This document shows positions 20,953 to 29,780 of a stretch of DNA of 64,000 bases, piece after piece (positions within the stretch are counted from its first letter, which is position 1; each line of letters starts with the position of its first letter). A model generated the notes under the pieces. It made no database searches. It was not told the origin of the DNA and saw nothing but the letters and a program-made list of their open reading frames with translations. The DNA lies in assembly GCA_963662655.2 (NCBI GenBank), contig CAXXTU010000002.1, positions 3,008,001-3,072,000 on the forward strand. The letters run 5' to 3'. The stretch is from Candidatus Cloacimonadales bacterium. Lineage in GTDB: Bacteria; Cloacimonadota; Cloacimonadia; Cloacimonadales; JAIOQZ01. The translations under genes and the position numbers were made by a program.

Positions 20953-21435
20953 CTATTTATTACGGTGTTTCTCAATCAGGATTTGTTCCACGATGCCGGG
21001 AACATATTCGGAAAGGCTTCCTCCCAGATGGATTACCTGACGCACCATGCTGGAGCTCAGGTAAAGATACTTGTGATCCGGAAGAAGGAACATGGTCTCG
21101 ATATCCGAGTTCAGGTTGCGATTCATCAGCGCGAGAGAAAGCTCGTACTCGAAATCCGAAACGGCTCGCAAGCCACGGATCATGACCGCCGCGCCTGTCT
21201 TCCGGGCAAACTCGACAGCCAGGCCGGAGAATCGGGTTACCTTGACGCACTCGATTCCCTTCAACGCTTCCGTACACACTTTTTCGCGCTCTTCGAGATC
21301 GAGATACGTGTGTTTGCCCGTTGTTTCTGCAACCGCGACGATCACCTCATCGAATATCCTTGTCGCTTTCTTGATAATATCGATGTGACCGAATGTGATC
21401 GGATCGAATGTCCCCGGGTAGATCGCTCTGGTCAT
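20953..21435 (-). CDS. coaD: pantetheine-phosphate adenylyltransferase
   Basis: YPGTFDPITFGH, RGLRAVSDFEYE and SSSMVR. Confidence 0.97.
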   Translation of the reverse strand: MTRAIYPGTFDPITFGHIDIIKKATRIFDEVIVAVAETTGKHTYLDLEEREKVCTEALKGIECVKVTRFSGLAVEFARKTGAAVMIRGLRAVSDFEYELSLALMNRNLNSDIETMFLLPDHKYLYLSSSMVRQVIHLGGSLSEYVPGIVEQILIEKHRNK

Positions 21436-21442
21436 CGGTTCC

Positions 21443-23215
21443 TCACGTTCCGATCGGCTGTGTCATCTTTTCCAGCCAGGAAGCTTCATCGGCATCGAGA
21501 TAAGGAGTCAGCTTCTCTCTGACGGACTGGTGGTAATCGTTGAGCCACTGAATCTCGTCGCTCCGCATCATGGATGGGACGATCAGCCGTATATCGATAG
21601 GGCAGACCGCCATGGTCTCGAAATTCATGTACTCCCCGGTCTCCTCCGCTCTCTGGCACATGATCAGGTTTTCGATGCGGATGCCGTAGTGGCCTTCCTC
21701 GTAGTAGCCGGGTTCGTTCGAAACCAGCATTCCGGGTTTGAACGCGATCTTGTCGGACATCAGGCTGATTCCGATGGGCCCCTCATGGACGTTGAGGAAC
21801 ATCCCGACACCGTGGCCGGTTCCGTGACCGAAATCCTTGTGGATGGCCCAGAGCGGTTCGCGAGCGAGGATGTCCAGATGAATGCCCTTGGTTCCCTTGC
21901 GGAATACGGCCCGGGAAAGATTGATCATGCCACGAAGGACGGCGGTGAAGCTTTCCTTAACCACGTCTTCGACCTCGCCCAACGCGATCGTTCTCGTGAT
22001 GTCCGTTGTCCCGGTGTCGTACTGACCGCCGGAATCGCACAGCAGGATTCCTTTCGGCTCGACGGCGAGCGACCCTTCCGGCTTGGGCGAGTAGTGCGGC
22101 AAAGCGGCATTGGGATTGTAGCCCACGATGGCGTAGAAGCTGGGGCCACGATAGTTCTTCATCGGGCCGCGGAAATCTTCCAGCTTTTCGTGCAGGCTGT
22201 ACTCGGTCATCTCAACCTTGCCGAGGTTTTGCTCCACCCAGTACTGCCATTTGACCAGCGCTGCTCCGTCCATGATGTGCGTATCGCGTATGTGCTGCAT
22301 CTCCACCTCGTTCTTTTCGAGCTTGAAAAGGGTGGGAATGTTGTGGTCGAGAACCACCTTGCAACGCGCTTCGACGTGCGTCTGGATCAGGCGATTGGTC
22401 TTATGCTCGTCGAGCAGCGCCGTCCACCGCTCGTCGAGGCCATCGATAAAACGGTAGATGGAATCGTAGTCCTGAATAAGGATGCCGTCCGATTCGAGCT
22501 TGCCGCGAAGTTCGTCGCTCAGCTTCTTCTGATCGATGAAGAGGATCGTTTTGTCTTGCGTGATTACCGCGTAGGAATACACCACCGGATTGTAGGCGAT
22601 ATCCGCGCCGCGAATGTTGAAGAGCCAGGCAACATCGTCCAGCGCCGAGACGATATGGCAATCGATCTTGCGTTCTTTCATCTCGTTCTTGATGCGGTCG
22701 ATCTTGCTTTTCCGCGATTCGCCGGCGAACCGCTCTTCATGCTCGATGACTGGGTTGTCGGGGATAGCGGGACGATCCTCCCAAATCTCGTCGAGCAGGT
22801 TGTCACAGGTTACAACCTCTAGGTGGGGCCATTTTTCTTCCATTCCCCGGAATTGAGAGATCGGTATCAGGTTACCCGGAATCCCGAACTTGCTTCCTTC
22901 GGGAATTTCCGACCGAACCCAGGGGAAGGTGTAGGGGACACCCGGCATTCCCGACTTGAATATCTTGATGCCCGTTCCGGCGAGTTCTCGCTCGGCCTGT
23001 ACGTAGTAGCGGGAATCCACCCAGATAAATGCGTCATCCCGGGTGACGATCACCAGGGCTCTGGAGCCGGTGAAGCCGGTTAGCCAGGCGATTTCCCGGA
23101 AACGCTCTGCAACGTATTCGCTCATGTGCGAATCGGTTGTGGGCATGAACCATGCGTCCAGCCCCTTTTGAATGAGTAACTGCTGAAGCGCTTTGATTTT
23201 ATCTTGCGTGTTCAT
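21443..23215 (-). CDS. Xaa-Pro aminopeptidase (M24 family, creatinase N-terminal domain)
   Basis: GFTGS, DSRYYVQA, DSGGQY..GTTDITRT, HGTGHGVG..LNVHEGP and SNEPGYY...GIRIEN. Confidence 0.93.
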   Translation of the reverse strand: MNTQDKIKALQQLLIQKGLDAWFMPTTDSHMSEYVAERFREIAWLTGFTGSRALVIVTRDDAFIWVDSRYYVQAERELAGTGIKIFKSGMPGVPYTFPWVRSEIPEGSKFGIPGNLIPISQFRGMEEKWPHLEVVTCDNLLDEIWEDRPAIPDNPVIEHEERFAGESRKSKIDRIKNEMKERKIDCHIVSALDDVAWLFNIRGADIAYNPVVYSYAVITQDKTILFIDQKKLSDELRGKLESDGILIQDYDSIYRFIDGLDERWTALLDEHKTNRLIQTHVEARCKVVLDHNIPTLFKLEKNEVEMQHIRDTHIMDGAALVKWQYWVEQNLGKVEMTEYSLHEKLEDFRGPMKNYRGPSFYAIVGYNPNAALPHYSPKPEGSLAVEPKGILLCDSGGQYDTGTTDITRTIALGEVEDVVKESFTAVLRGMINLSRAVFRKGTKGIHLDILAREPLWAIHKDFGHGTGHGVGMFLNVHEGPIGISLMSDKIAFKPGMLVSNEPGYYEEGHYGIRIENLIMCQRAEETGEYMNFETMAVCPIDIRLIVPSMMRSDEIQWLNDYHQSVREKLTPYLDADEASWLEKMTQPIGT

Positions 23216-23509
23216 ACTGTTTCCTCGCAAAGTTTATTTATCGTTTCCAACTTCATATATTTTAGCAGGATAAGGATTACACAAATTCGATTATCGGTTG
23301 GATTCATGCAAGCTTTTTCTTTGCTGCGATCGCTATTCATTCGCAGACAATTGTTTTTGGGATCGTTCCTTTCGAGAGAACTCCGTGTTAACGGATCGAG
23401 TTAGCCGTTTCATGGAGTCGGAGAAAAAAAATATCGGCGAGAAATGCCATTTGATGCGGGTTTGAGCAATTATCAGAAACAAAAAGGAAATAAAGTTTGG
23501 CGAAAGGTC

Positions 23510-23552
23510 TTGACAGTGTTACATTGTTGGTGTTCTATGTCACCGTAACACC
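23510..23552 (+). promoter_or_regulatory. promoter with an overlapping palindromic operator for a YtrA-type GntR
   Basis: TTGACA at 23510-23515; GGTGTT-N12-AACACC (23529-23552) and GTGTTAC...GTAACAC inverted repeats directly upstream of the GntR gene. Confidence 0.6.
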
Positions 23553-23564
23553 AAGGGGGTGCCA

Positions 23565-23939
23565 ATGAAAAAGTTCGATGACAACATGCCTATCTATCTT
23601 CAGCTTAGGGATGAGATTGAGAAGGCGATTATCCTGGGATCGGTTAAGGAGGACGAAATGATACCATCGATCAGGACACTTGCGCAGCAATACCGGCTGA
23701 ACCCGCAAACCGTATCGAACGCACTCAGTGAACTGGTAAACGAGGGCGTGATCTATAAACGACGGGGAATCGGTTTTTTCGTTGAGAAGGAGGCACGGGG
23801 CGTTCTTCAGGAAAAGAAACTGGCTGATTTCCGCAAAGACGAGATGGAACAGACGATTCGCAAAGGCAAGGAACTGGGAATTACGAAGAGCGAGTTCATT
23901 GATACGGTTGAATCGGTGTATTCCGGAAAGGGGGAATAG
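23565..23939 (+). CDS. GntR family (YtrA subfamily) transcriptional regulator
   Basis: PIYLQL, PSIRTLA..Y.LNPQTV..A..EL..EG.IY.RRG.GFFV; 124 aa; heads an ABC operon. Confidence 0.92.
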   Translation: MKKFDDNMPIYLQLRDEIEKAIILGSVKEDEMIPSIRTLAQQYRLNPQTVSNALSELVNEGVIYKRRGIGFFVEKEARGVLQEKKLADFRKDEMEQTIRKGKELGITKSEFIDTVESVYSGKGE

Positions 23940-23940
23940 C

Positions 23941-24786
23941 ATGAGTTTGATGGAAATAAGAAATCTAACCAAGCGCTACGGGAAGTTTGAGGCGCTGAAA
24001 GACGTGAATTTGAGCATACCGAGAGGCAAGATCATCGGTTTGCTGGGCAAGAACGGCGCGGGTAAAACCACACTGATGCGCTCGATGTTGGGGCTTCTCA
24101 GGTACGAAGGAGAAATCCTTTTCGAAGATACTCCGGTTCAGCAATTGAGACACCGGCTGTTCGAGCGTATCGCCTTCATTCCCGATGTGAACGGCCTGGA
24201 CGACCGGCTGACCGTTGAGCAGACGCTTCAGTTTGTCGCATCGCAAAATCCACGCTGGAAGGAATCGACCGCTTTGAATTTACTTGGCAAGAGCGGACTC
24301 GAACTCAAACAGAAGGTTTCCAAGCTCTCCAAGGGTATGAAGACCAAGCTTTATCTGCTGGTAACGCTCTCGCTGGACGTCGATCTCCTGATCCTCGACG
24401 AGCCGACGCTGGGGCTCGACATCGTTTTCCGCAAGGAGTTCTTCAACACCATTTTGGGCGAGTTTTTCGACGAGAACAAGACCATCTTCATCTCGACGCA
24501 TCAGGTGGAAGAAGTAGAACAGATATTACAAGATATCATCTTCATCGACAAGGGTCAGATTCTGCTGCACGAAGATGTGGAAGCATTGAAGGATCGCTTC
24601 CGGCTCGTAAGCGTGCCGGTGGAGCGCCGCGCGGAACTGATGGCCGCGAATCCCAAGCAAATCAACTACACCTTGGGCCGTATTTCGGCGATCGTCAACA
24701 AGAGTGTGGAAATCGAAGGCGCGGAGTACGGAAGGCCCGGACTCTCGGATCTGTTTATGTCCGAGATGGGAGGTAACAATGAATAG
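23941..24786 (+). CDS. ABC transporter ATP-binding protein (YtrB-like)
   Basis: GKNGAGKTT, LSKGM, ILDEPT and ISTH. Confidence 0.92.
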   Translation: MSLMEIRNLTKRYGKFEALKDVNLSIPRGKIIGLLGKNGAGKTTLMRSMLGLLRYEGEILFEDTPVQQLRHRLFERIAFIPDVNGLDDRLTVEQTLQFVASQNPRWKESTALNLLGKSGLELKQKVSKLSKGMKTKLYLLVTLSLDVDLLILDEPTLGLDIVFRKEFFNTILGEFFDENKTIFISTHQVEEVEQILQDIIFIDKGQILLHEDVEALKDRFRLVSVPVERRAELMAANPKQINYTLGRISAIVNKSVEIEGAEYGRPGLSDLFMSEMGGNNE

Positions 24787-25618
24787 CTTTGCAGGACTAT
24801 TGAAGAAAGACTGGGTATTATCCCGCAGAACCGAGTTACTCACCGTGTGGATCGTGGCGGGAATGCTGCTGCTGAGTGTCATCCTGGCGATATCCGCATA
24901 CTTCTATCATGGACTGGAGTTCAATATCTTCGGATTTCAGGATGTCCTGAGTCAGACCGGCGAGCCGATGAATGTCGCTGTATTCATTCTGAATCTCTCT
25001 CTGGTGAATTTCCCCGGTTTGCTGGCGCTCATCTTTGCTGCATCGCTTTCGGGCGGAGCGCTCAACAACGACTCGAAGCGGCACTGCGACGTATTCTATC
25101 GCATACAGCCGGTTTCGTTCTGGAAGGTTACGGCCTCCCGCTATCTGATTACGGTTGTGGGAAACCTTGCGGTGTTGTTCGCGGTGCTTCTGGGGTTGTT
25201 CGTCATCACGAATGCCCTGGCGGTGATGATCGCGGGTCCATTCAGCTTTGCCGCCGCGTTCAAGGGGCTGATGTTCGGTTACGTCGAGTTCGCGCTGATC
25301 ATACTGGTTGTGGGTAGCTTCGGATTTCTGTGCTCGGGAATTTTTAAGGAGAAGGCGTTCGCGAAAGGGCTGGGGATTATCATTATTTCCTCGGCGCTGA
25401 TCGCTCTGATCAACCTTCTGTTCCTGTGGCACATTCCACAGCCGATTTTCGAGCTGGGAAAATTCTTGTTCGAGTTCAACAACTTTGAGAATCTCGGTCT
25501 GAAGAAAGTGATGAGTTGGAGCTTTCTGCTGAGGATGGAGCACCTGTGGAAGATCGTTTTTGCCGGTGCGACCTATGTGATTGGGAGTATTCTGTATAAA
25601 TTCAAGGAAGTCAAATAA
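24779..25618 (+). CDS. ABC-2 type transporter permease
   Basis: About six hydrophobic segments; overlaps the ATPase stop; QPVS..K...SRY loop. Confidence 0.75.
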   Translation: MNSFAGLLKKDWVLSRRTELLTVWIVAGMLLLSVILAISAYFYHGLEFNIFGFQDVLSQTGEPMNVAVFILNLSLVNFPGLLALIFAASLSGGALNNDSKRHCDVFYRIQPVSFWKVTASRYLITVVGNLAVLFAVLLGLFVITNALAVMIAGPFSFAAAFKGLMFGYVEFALIILVVGSFGFLCSGIFKEKAFAKGLGIIIISSALIALINLLFLWHIPQPIFELGKFLFEFNNFENLGLKKVMSWSFLLRMEHLWKIVFAGATYVIGSILYKFKEVK

Positions 25619-25632
25619 CAAGGGAGGTTGTT

Positions 25633-26358
25633 ATGAGAAAATTTTGGTATGTTCTATTGTCCTTAACAGTTCTGTTTGCCATCTTCGGATGTTATGATAC
25701 CGATATGACAGACGCGGATCGCGAGGAAGTGTCTTTCGATATGGAAGGAATCAAACCGCTCGATGTGGATCTGGAATTCGCCATCGGGAAGATCATGGTT
25801 TCATCGGGAACCGAGAAGCTCGCCCATGCGAAATTCGCGTGGAACAACGACGCGCTGAAGCCGGAATATTCCCTGACGAGCAAAGACGACAAATATTCGC
25901 TGTATATCGAGCATGTCGGCGGCAATTCGTCCATGAAAAAGGCGTATAGCGAATGGGAAATATACCTCAATAATCAGGTTCCAATCAACCTGTCCGTCGA
26001 ATGCGGCGTGGGCGAATCGGAAATCGATCTTTCGGATCTCGATATTGAATCGCTGGACATGGATTTTGGCGTAGGCACAGCGACGGTTGATCTTCGGGGC
26101 AAGTATTCGAAGAACATCAACGCCAATATCGGGACAGGAATCGGCGAGGTGACCATTTACCTGCCAACCCACATGGGAATTCGCGTATCCGTGGATAAAG
26201 GGCTGGGCGATATCGAGGTCAAGGGACTTCACGAGACGGAAGACGATGTGTATGAGAATCAGCTTTTCCGTGAAAGCGGTCCCAAGATCAAGATCGATAT
26301 GTCAACCGGCATTGGCTCGGTCAATCTGATTGCCGGCCCCGAAGAGGTTGCTCTCTAA
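25633..26358 (+). CDS. lipoprotein with toast-rack / LiaF-LiaG-like beta repeats
   Basis: Lipobox-like IFGC; repeated G(V/I/L)G(E/D/T/S)x(I/V) units. Confidence 0.7.
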   Translation: MRKFWYVLLSLTVLFAIFGCYDTDMTDADREEVSFDMEGIKPLDVDLEFAIGKIMVSSGTEKLAHAKFAWNNDALKPEYSLTSKDDKYSLYIEHVGGNSSMKKAYSEWEIYLNNQVPINLSVECGVGESEIDLSDLDIESLDMDFGVGTATVDLRGKYSKNINANIGTGIGEVTIYLPTHMGIRVSVDKGLGDIEVKGLHETEDDVYENQLFRESGPKIKIDMSTGIGSVNLIAGPEEVAL

Positions 26359-26687
26359 AACCCTATGATAAATCTGAACTGGGCTAACACGCATTGAGTG
26401 GTTAAACATAACGCCACTTTTCAGGTCCTCCTAACCTGATCGGATTTCGCCGGCTTCTACCAGTTCAAAGCCGGCGAGTCCAATATTGTGTTTGAATCAA
26501 GATTCACAGGATTCGCGCGATTGATAGGATGGGGATTTCAGAAAGATCGAGTGCGAAATGCGCTCGGGAGAGAGAAGCGGTCCCCGCGCCGGTTTAAAAT
26601 GCGATTTGCGATGGGCAAATCGCCTTCCAAACCATCGCGTGCCCACCCACCCATTGAAACGAGCGCATTTCTTGTGGGCGGATTCAA

Positions 26688-27320
26688 TTACGCAAACATC
26701 CCGCAGAAGGGATTTTCGACTTTTTCGGCTTCGATTGAGGTTTTTCCACCATGTCCCGGCAGTACCACCGTGTCCTCCGGCAATGTGAAGAGCTTCTTCT
26801 TTATCGACTGCAACAACTTATCCATATTGCCGCCATCGAGGTCGGTGCGACCGACGCTGTGATCGAAGAGGGTGTCTCCGCTGACGAGAATTCCCGGCAT
26901 GTAGAGGCAGATGCCGCCGCGCGTGTGCCCGGGGGTGTGAATCACGCGTATCTCCTGCTCTCCGAGAAGGATGGTGTCGCCGTCGTGCAGGATTCTCTCT
27001 GCTGCAGGCGACGCAAAGCCGTTGTTCATCAACGCGGAAAGGTTCTTGTTGGGATCCGGCAGCATGGGCGCGTCATCCGCATGCACGCAGATCGGTACGT
27101 TGAAATGCGTGTGAAAATACTCGTTACCGCCCAGATGATCCGCGTGGCCGTGGGTGTTCACGACGTATTTCAGGGCGATCCCCTGATTTTTGATGAAAGA
27201 TTTCACTTCTTCGCTGGGAGCTCCCGGATCGATGAGCATGCCTTGCATGGACTTCTCGTCCCACAGCAGGTAGGTGTTCGTCTCGAATCCCGGAAGTAGA
27301 ATATATCGCTTGTATCTCAT
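26688..27320 (-). CDS. MBL-fold metallo-hydrolase (glyoxalase II-like)
   Basis: THGHADH, HTPGHT, SGDTLF..SVGRTD and PGHG. Confidence 0.92.
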   Translation of the reverse strand: MRYKRYILLPGFETNTYLLWDEKSMQGMLIDPGAPSEEVKSFIKNQGIALKYVVNTHGHADHLGGNEYFHTHFNVPICVHADDAPMLPDPNKNLSALMNNGFASPAAERILHDGDTILLGEQEIRVIHTPGHTRGGICLYMPGILVSGDTLFDHSVGRTDLDGGNMDKLLQSIKKKLFTLPEDTVVLPGHGGKTSIEAEKVENPFCGMFA

Positions 27321-27322
27321 GG

Positions 27323-28321
27323 TTACTCCATTTTCAGCCAGTATTTGCTCACCTCATCCCGACTCGGTTGCTTCACGACGATCTCGTTATCGAGATGGTA
27401 GTTCTCGCCGTAGAAGACCTTGCCTTCCGGAGGAGATTTCGGGGTGAAGTGCAGGACGATGGACGCCGCGAGGGCGATCTCGCTCTCAGTGAGAGCGCCG
27501 GTGTGTTGCAGAACGCCGATCGGCCCGGGGGACTGCTCCGCTTTGATGACTGTCTCGTCGGTTACCAGGTCGGAAATCGACTGGTTGTCGCCGGCGGTTT
27601 TTCCCACAACAAGCTTTGCCTGCGGTGAAAGCCGGAAGTGCCTGCCGAAAAGCAGGAAGCGGGTGCTCCGCTCCGTGAGCATGGCGTGATCAAAAAGATC
27701 GCGCGCGCGGAAGCTGAAGCCCTTCTCCGTGAGCAGGCAACCGCCGCCCGGGTTGTGATACTCGGTGATGCCGTACGCCTCGGCCAGTTCCATCTGCTTC
27801 TTGCGTCCCCGACCGTAAAAATCGAGCATCTCCTCTTTATCCACCCAGCCTTCGGTGATCGGTAGCGTGTCCGGGAGTCGTTTCTGGCAGAGTGGCCGAA
27901 TGATGAGGTCTGACGCGCCGCTGATCTTCCTGACTGCGTTCATGGCGTCAAAGCGCTGCGACATGGGGCGTTGCCCGATGACTTCGCCGGAGATCAGGAA
28001 ATCTGCCCCGAAATCATCCAGGAATTCTGCTGCCTTTCGGAACATGAAACCGTGGCAATCGACACACGGATTGAGCGCCTTCCCGAAGCCGTAGCGGGGT
28101 TCCTTGATCATCTCCAGATAATCGGGTGTAACGTCCACGACGCGAATGGTGATGCCGGCTGCTTCTGCTGCGTAGAGAGCTTTTTGCGGCCCGAAGAATG
28201 GCGTTTGGAAGAATACTGGAATCACTTCGTATCCCAGCTTCTGCATGTGCAGAACGGCCAGAACGCTGTCCAGACCGCCCGAGAAGAGGGCGATCGCTTT
28301 ATGTTGTCTTGGTTTGATCAT
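27323..28321 (-). CDS. PP-loop tRNA sulfurtransferase-like protein (ThiI/MnmA-like, no THUMP domain)
   Basis: SGGLDS PP-loop, NPCVDCH, GEVIGQRPMSQ, GGCLLT and GRHFRL. Confidence 0.75.
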   Translation of the reverse strand: MIKPRQHKAIALFSGGLDSVLAVLHMQKLGYEVIPVFFQTPFFGPQKALYAAEAAGITIRVVDVTPDYLEMIKEPRYGFGKALNPCVDCHGFMFRKAAEFLDDFGADFLISGEVIGQRPMSQRFDAMNAVRKISGASDLIIRPLCQKRLPDTLPITEGWVDKEEMLDFYGRGRKKQMELAEAYGITEYHNPGGGCLLTEKGFSFRARDLFDHAMLTERSTRFLLFGRHFRLSPQAKLVVGKTAGDNQSISDLVTDETVIKAEQSPGPIGVLQHTGALTESEIALAASIVLHFTPKSPPEGKVFYGENYHLDNEIVVKQPSRDEVSKYWLKME

Positions 28322-28333
28322 AAGAAAATGCCG

Positions 28334-29179
28334 CTACTGCGCTTCCTTCTCAAGGAATTTTTCGGCGCAGAGCTTGGCCATGCGACGGATGCGACCGATA
28401 TACGCGGCCCTTTCGGTGACGCTGATCACGCCGCGTGCGTCGAGCAGATTGAACGTGTGCGAGCTCTTGAGCAGGTAGTCATAAGCGGGGAAAACGAGTC
28501 CGGCTTCGACGAAGTTGTCGATCTGCCGTTCCAGCTCGTTGAAGGTCGCGAAGAGCCACTTGACGTCGGCGTGCTTGAAGTTGAACGCGCTGAATTCCAC
28601 CTCTTTCTGGAGAAAAATCTCGCCGTAAGTGGTGTTCTCATTATAGCGGATTTGCTTGAAGTCGTCCACGTCCTGGATATACATTGCGATGCGCTCCAGT
28701 CCGTAGGTCAGCTCCACGCTCACCGGGAACACATCGATTCCGCCAACCTGCTGGAAGTAGGTGAACTGCGAAATCTCCATGCCGTCCAGCCAGACTTCCC
28801 AGCCGAGTCCCCATGCGCCGAGGGTCGGAGACTCCCAGTCGTCCTCCACGAAACGGATATCGTGCTTGGATATGTCGATGCCGATCGCTTCCAGGCTCTT
28901 GATGTACAGGTTCTGGATATCGTCCGGGGTCGGCTTGATAATGACCTGGAACTGGTAGTAGTGCTGCATACGGTTGGGATTCTCGCCGTAGCGTCCGTCC
29001 TTCGGTCTGCGGCATGGCTGTGCGTATGCGATCGCGGTGGGTTTATCGCCCAGCGCGCCGAAGAATGTTGCCGGATGGAAGGTACCGGCTCCCATCTCCA
29101 TATCGTAAGGCTGCAAGATGCTGCAACCGTAGTTTGCCCAGTAACGTTGAAGCTCGAATATCATATCCTGAAACGTCAT
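28334..29179 (-). CDS. glyQ: glycine--tRNA ligase alpha subunit
   Basis: [43 protein letters not shown] and ELTYGLER. Confidence 0.98.
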   Translation of the reverse strand: MTFQDMIFELQRYWANYGCSILQPYDMEMGAGTFHPATFFGALGDKPTAIAYAQPCRRPKDGRYGENPNRMQHYYQFQVIIKPTPDDIQNLYIKSLEAIGIDISKHDIRFVEDDWESPTLGAWGLGWEVWLDGMEISQFTYFQQVGGIDVFPVSVELTYGLERIAMYIQDVDDFKQIRYNENTTYGEIFLQKEVEFSAFNFKHADVKWLFATFNELERQIDNFVEAGLVFPAYDYLLKSSHTFNLLDARGVISVTERAAYIGRIRRMAKLCAEKFLEKEAQ

Positions 29180-29582
29180 AATTTTATCCTCATCAGGGTT
29201 TTCTCCACGAAAAGTTTTTCGGGAATTATGTCAATGATTTGCTCATCACAGCTCTGGGATGATCCATGATGTGTCACCCTGATGCTGTGTGTTTTGCTAA
29301 GCAAAACACGGACCCCTCAAAGAGTCTAAGAGCCTAAAGGTTATTTTCATGCTTATACTGCAAAAGGATATTGAAGACATACGTAAATTTTGGTTATTTG
29401 AGTGTTACTCAGCAGATTATTGCGCAAGAGGCGTGAGAATATTCGTTCGATCCCGACCGGAGCCGTATTCATACACGTCTTATTTTTGCGTTCGATAGTC
29501 ATGAAGACGTGTTGTTATACGGCGGAGGCGAGGATCGGGCGAAGATGCCACGCCGGAAGAATATCACGTGGAAGCGTGATTT

Positions 29583-29780
29583 CTAGTCCCCCTTCTCCTC
29601 GCCGCTCTTTTTCCAGCCCAGCATAATGGAGAGCGGGAACAGCACCAGGTAGGCAATCATCAGAATGATGATGGAGATGGTCTTATCGCCGGTGGCCATG
29701 ATCGAGTAGCCGACGATCAGCGCTGCGATCGCTACGATCAGAATGATCCAGTTTCTTCCCTCGAATGCAAAGCGTTTCAT
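29583..29780 (-). CDS. small two-TM membrane protein (DUF3098-like)
   Basis: 65 aa; NW...VGY.IM..G...IS...AY..FP pattern; overlaps the upstream stop (ATGA). Confidence 0.65.
   Translation of the reverse strand: MKRFAFEGRNWIILIVAIAALIVGYSIMATGDKTISIIILMIAYLVLFPLSIMLGWKKSGEEKGD

Noticed and set aside
23380..23420. Long imperfect hairpin in the divergent pepP/gntR spacer
   Set aside because: Isolated, with no recognisable motif or second copy.
26432..26456. ACCTGATCGGAT resembling part of a TPP riboswitch
   Set aside because: The CTGAGA and GCGnAGG elements are missing, and it lies 3' of convergent genes.
29270..29330. GTGTTTTGCT/AGCAAAACAC hairpin with REP-like flanks
   Set aside because: Single copy in the window; no repeat family can be supported.
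29440..29465. GTTCGATCCC resembling a tRNA T-loop
   Set aside because: No T-stem, acceptor stem or cloverleaf can be built around it.
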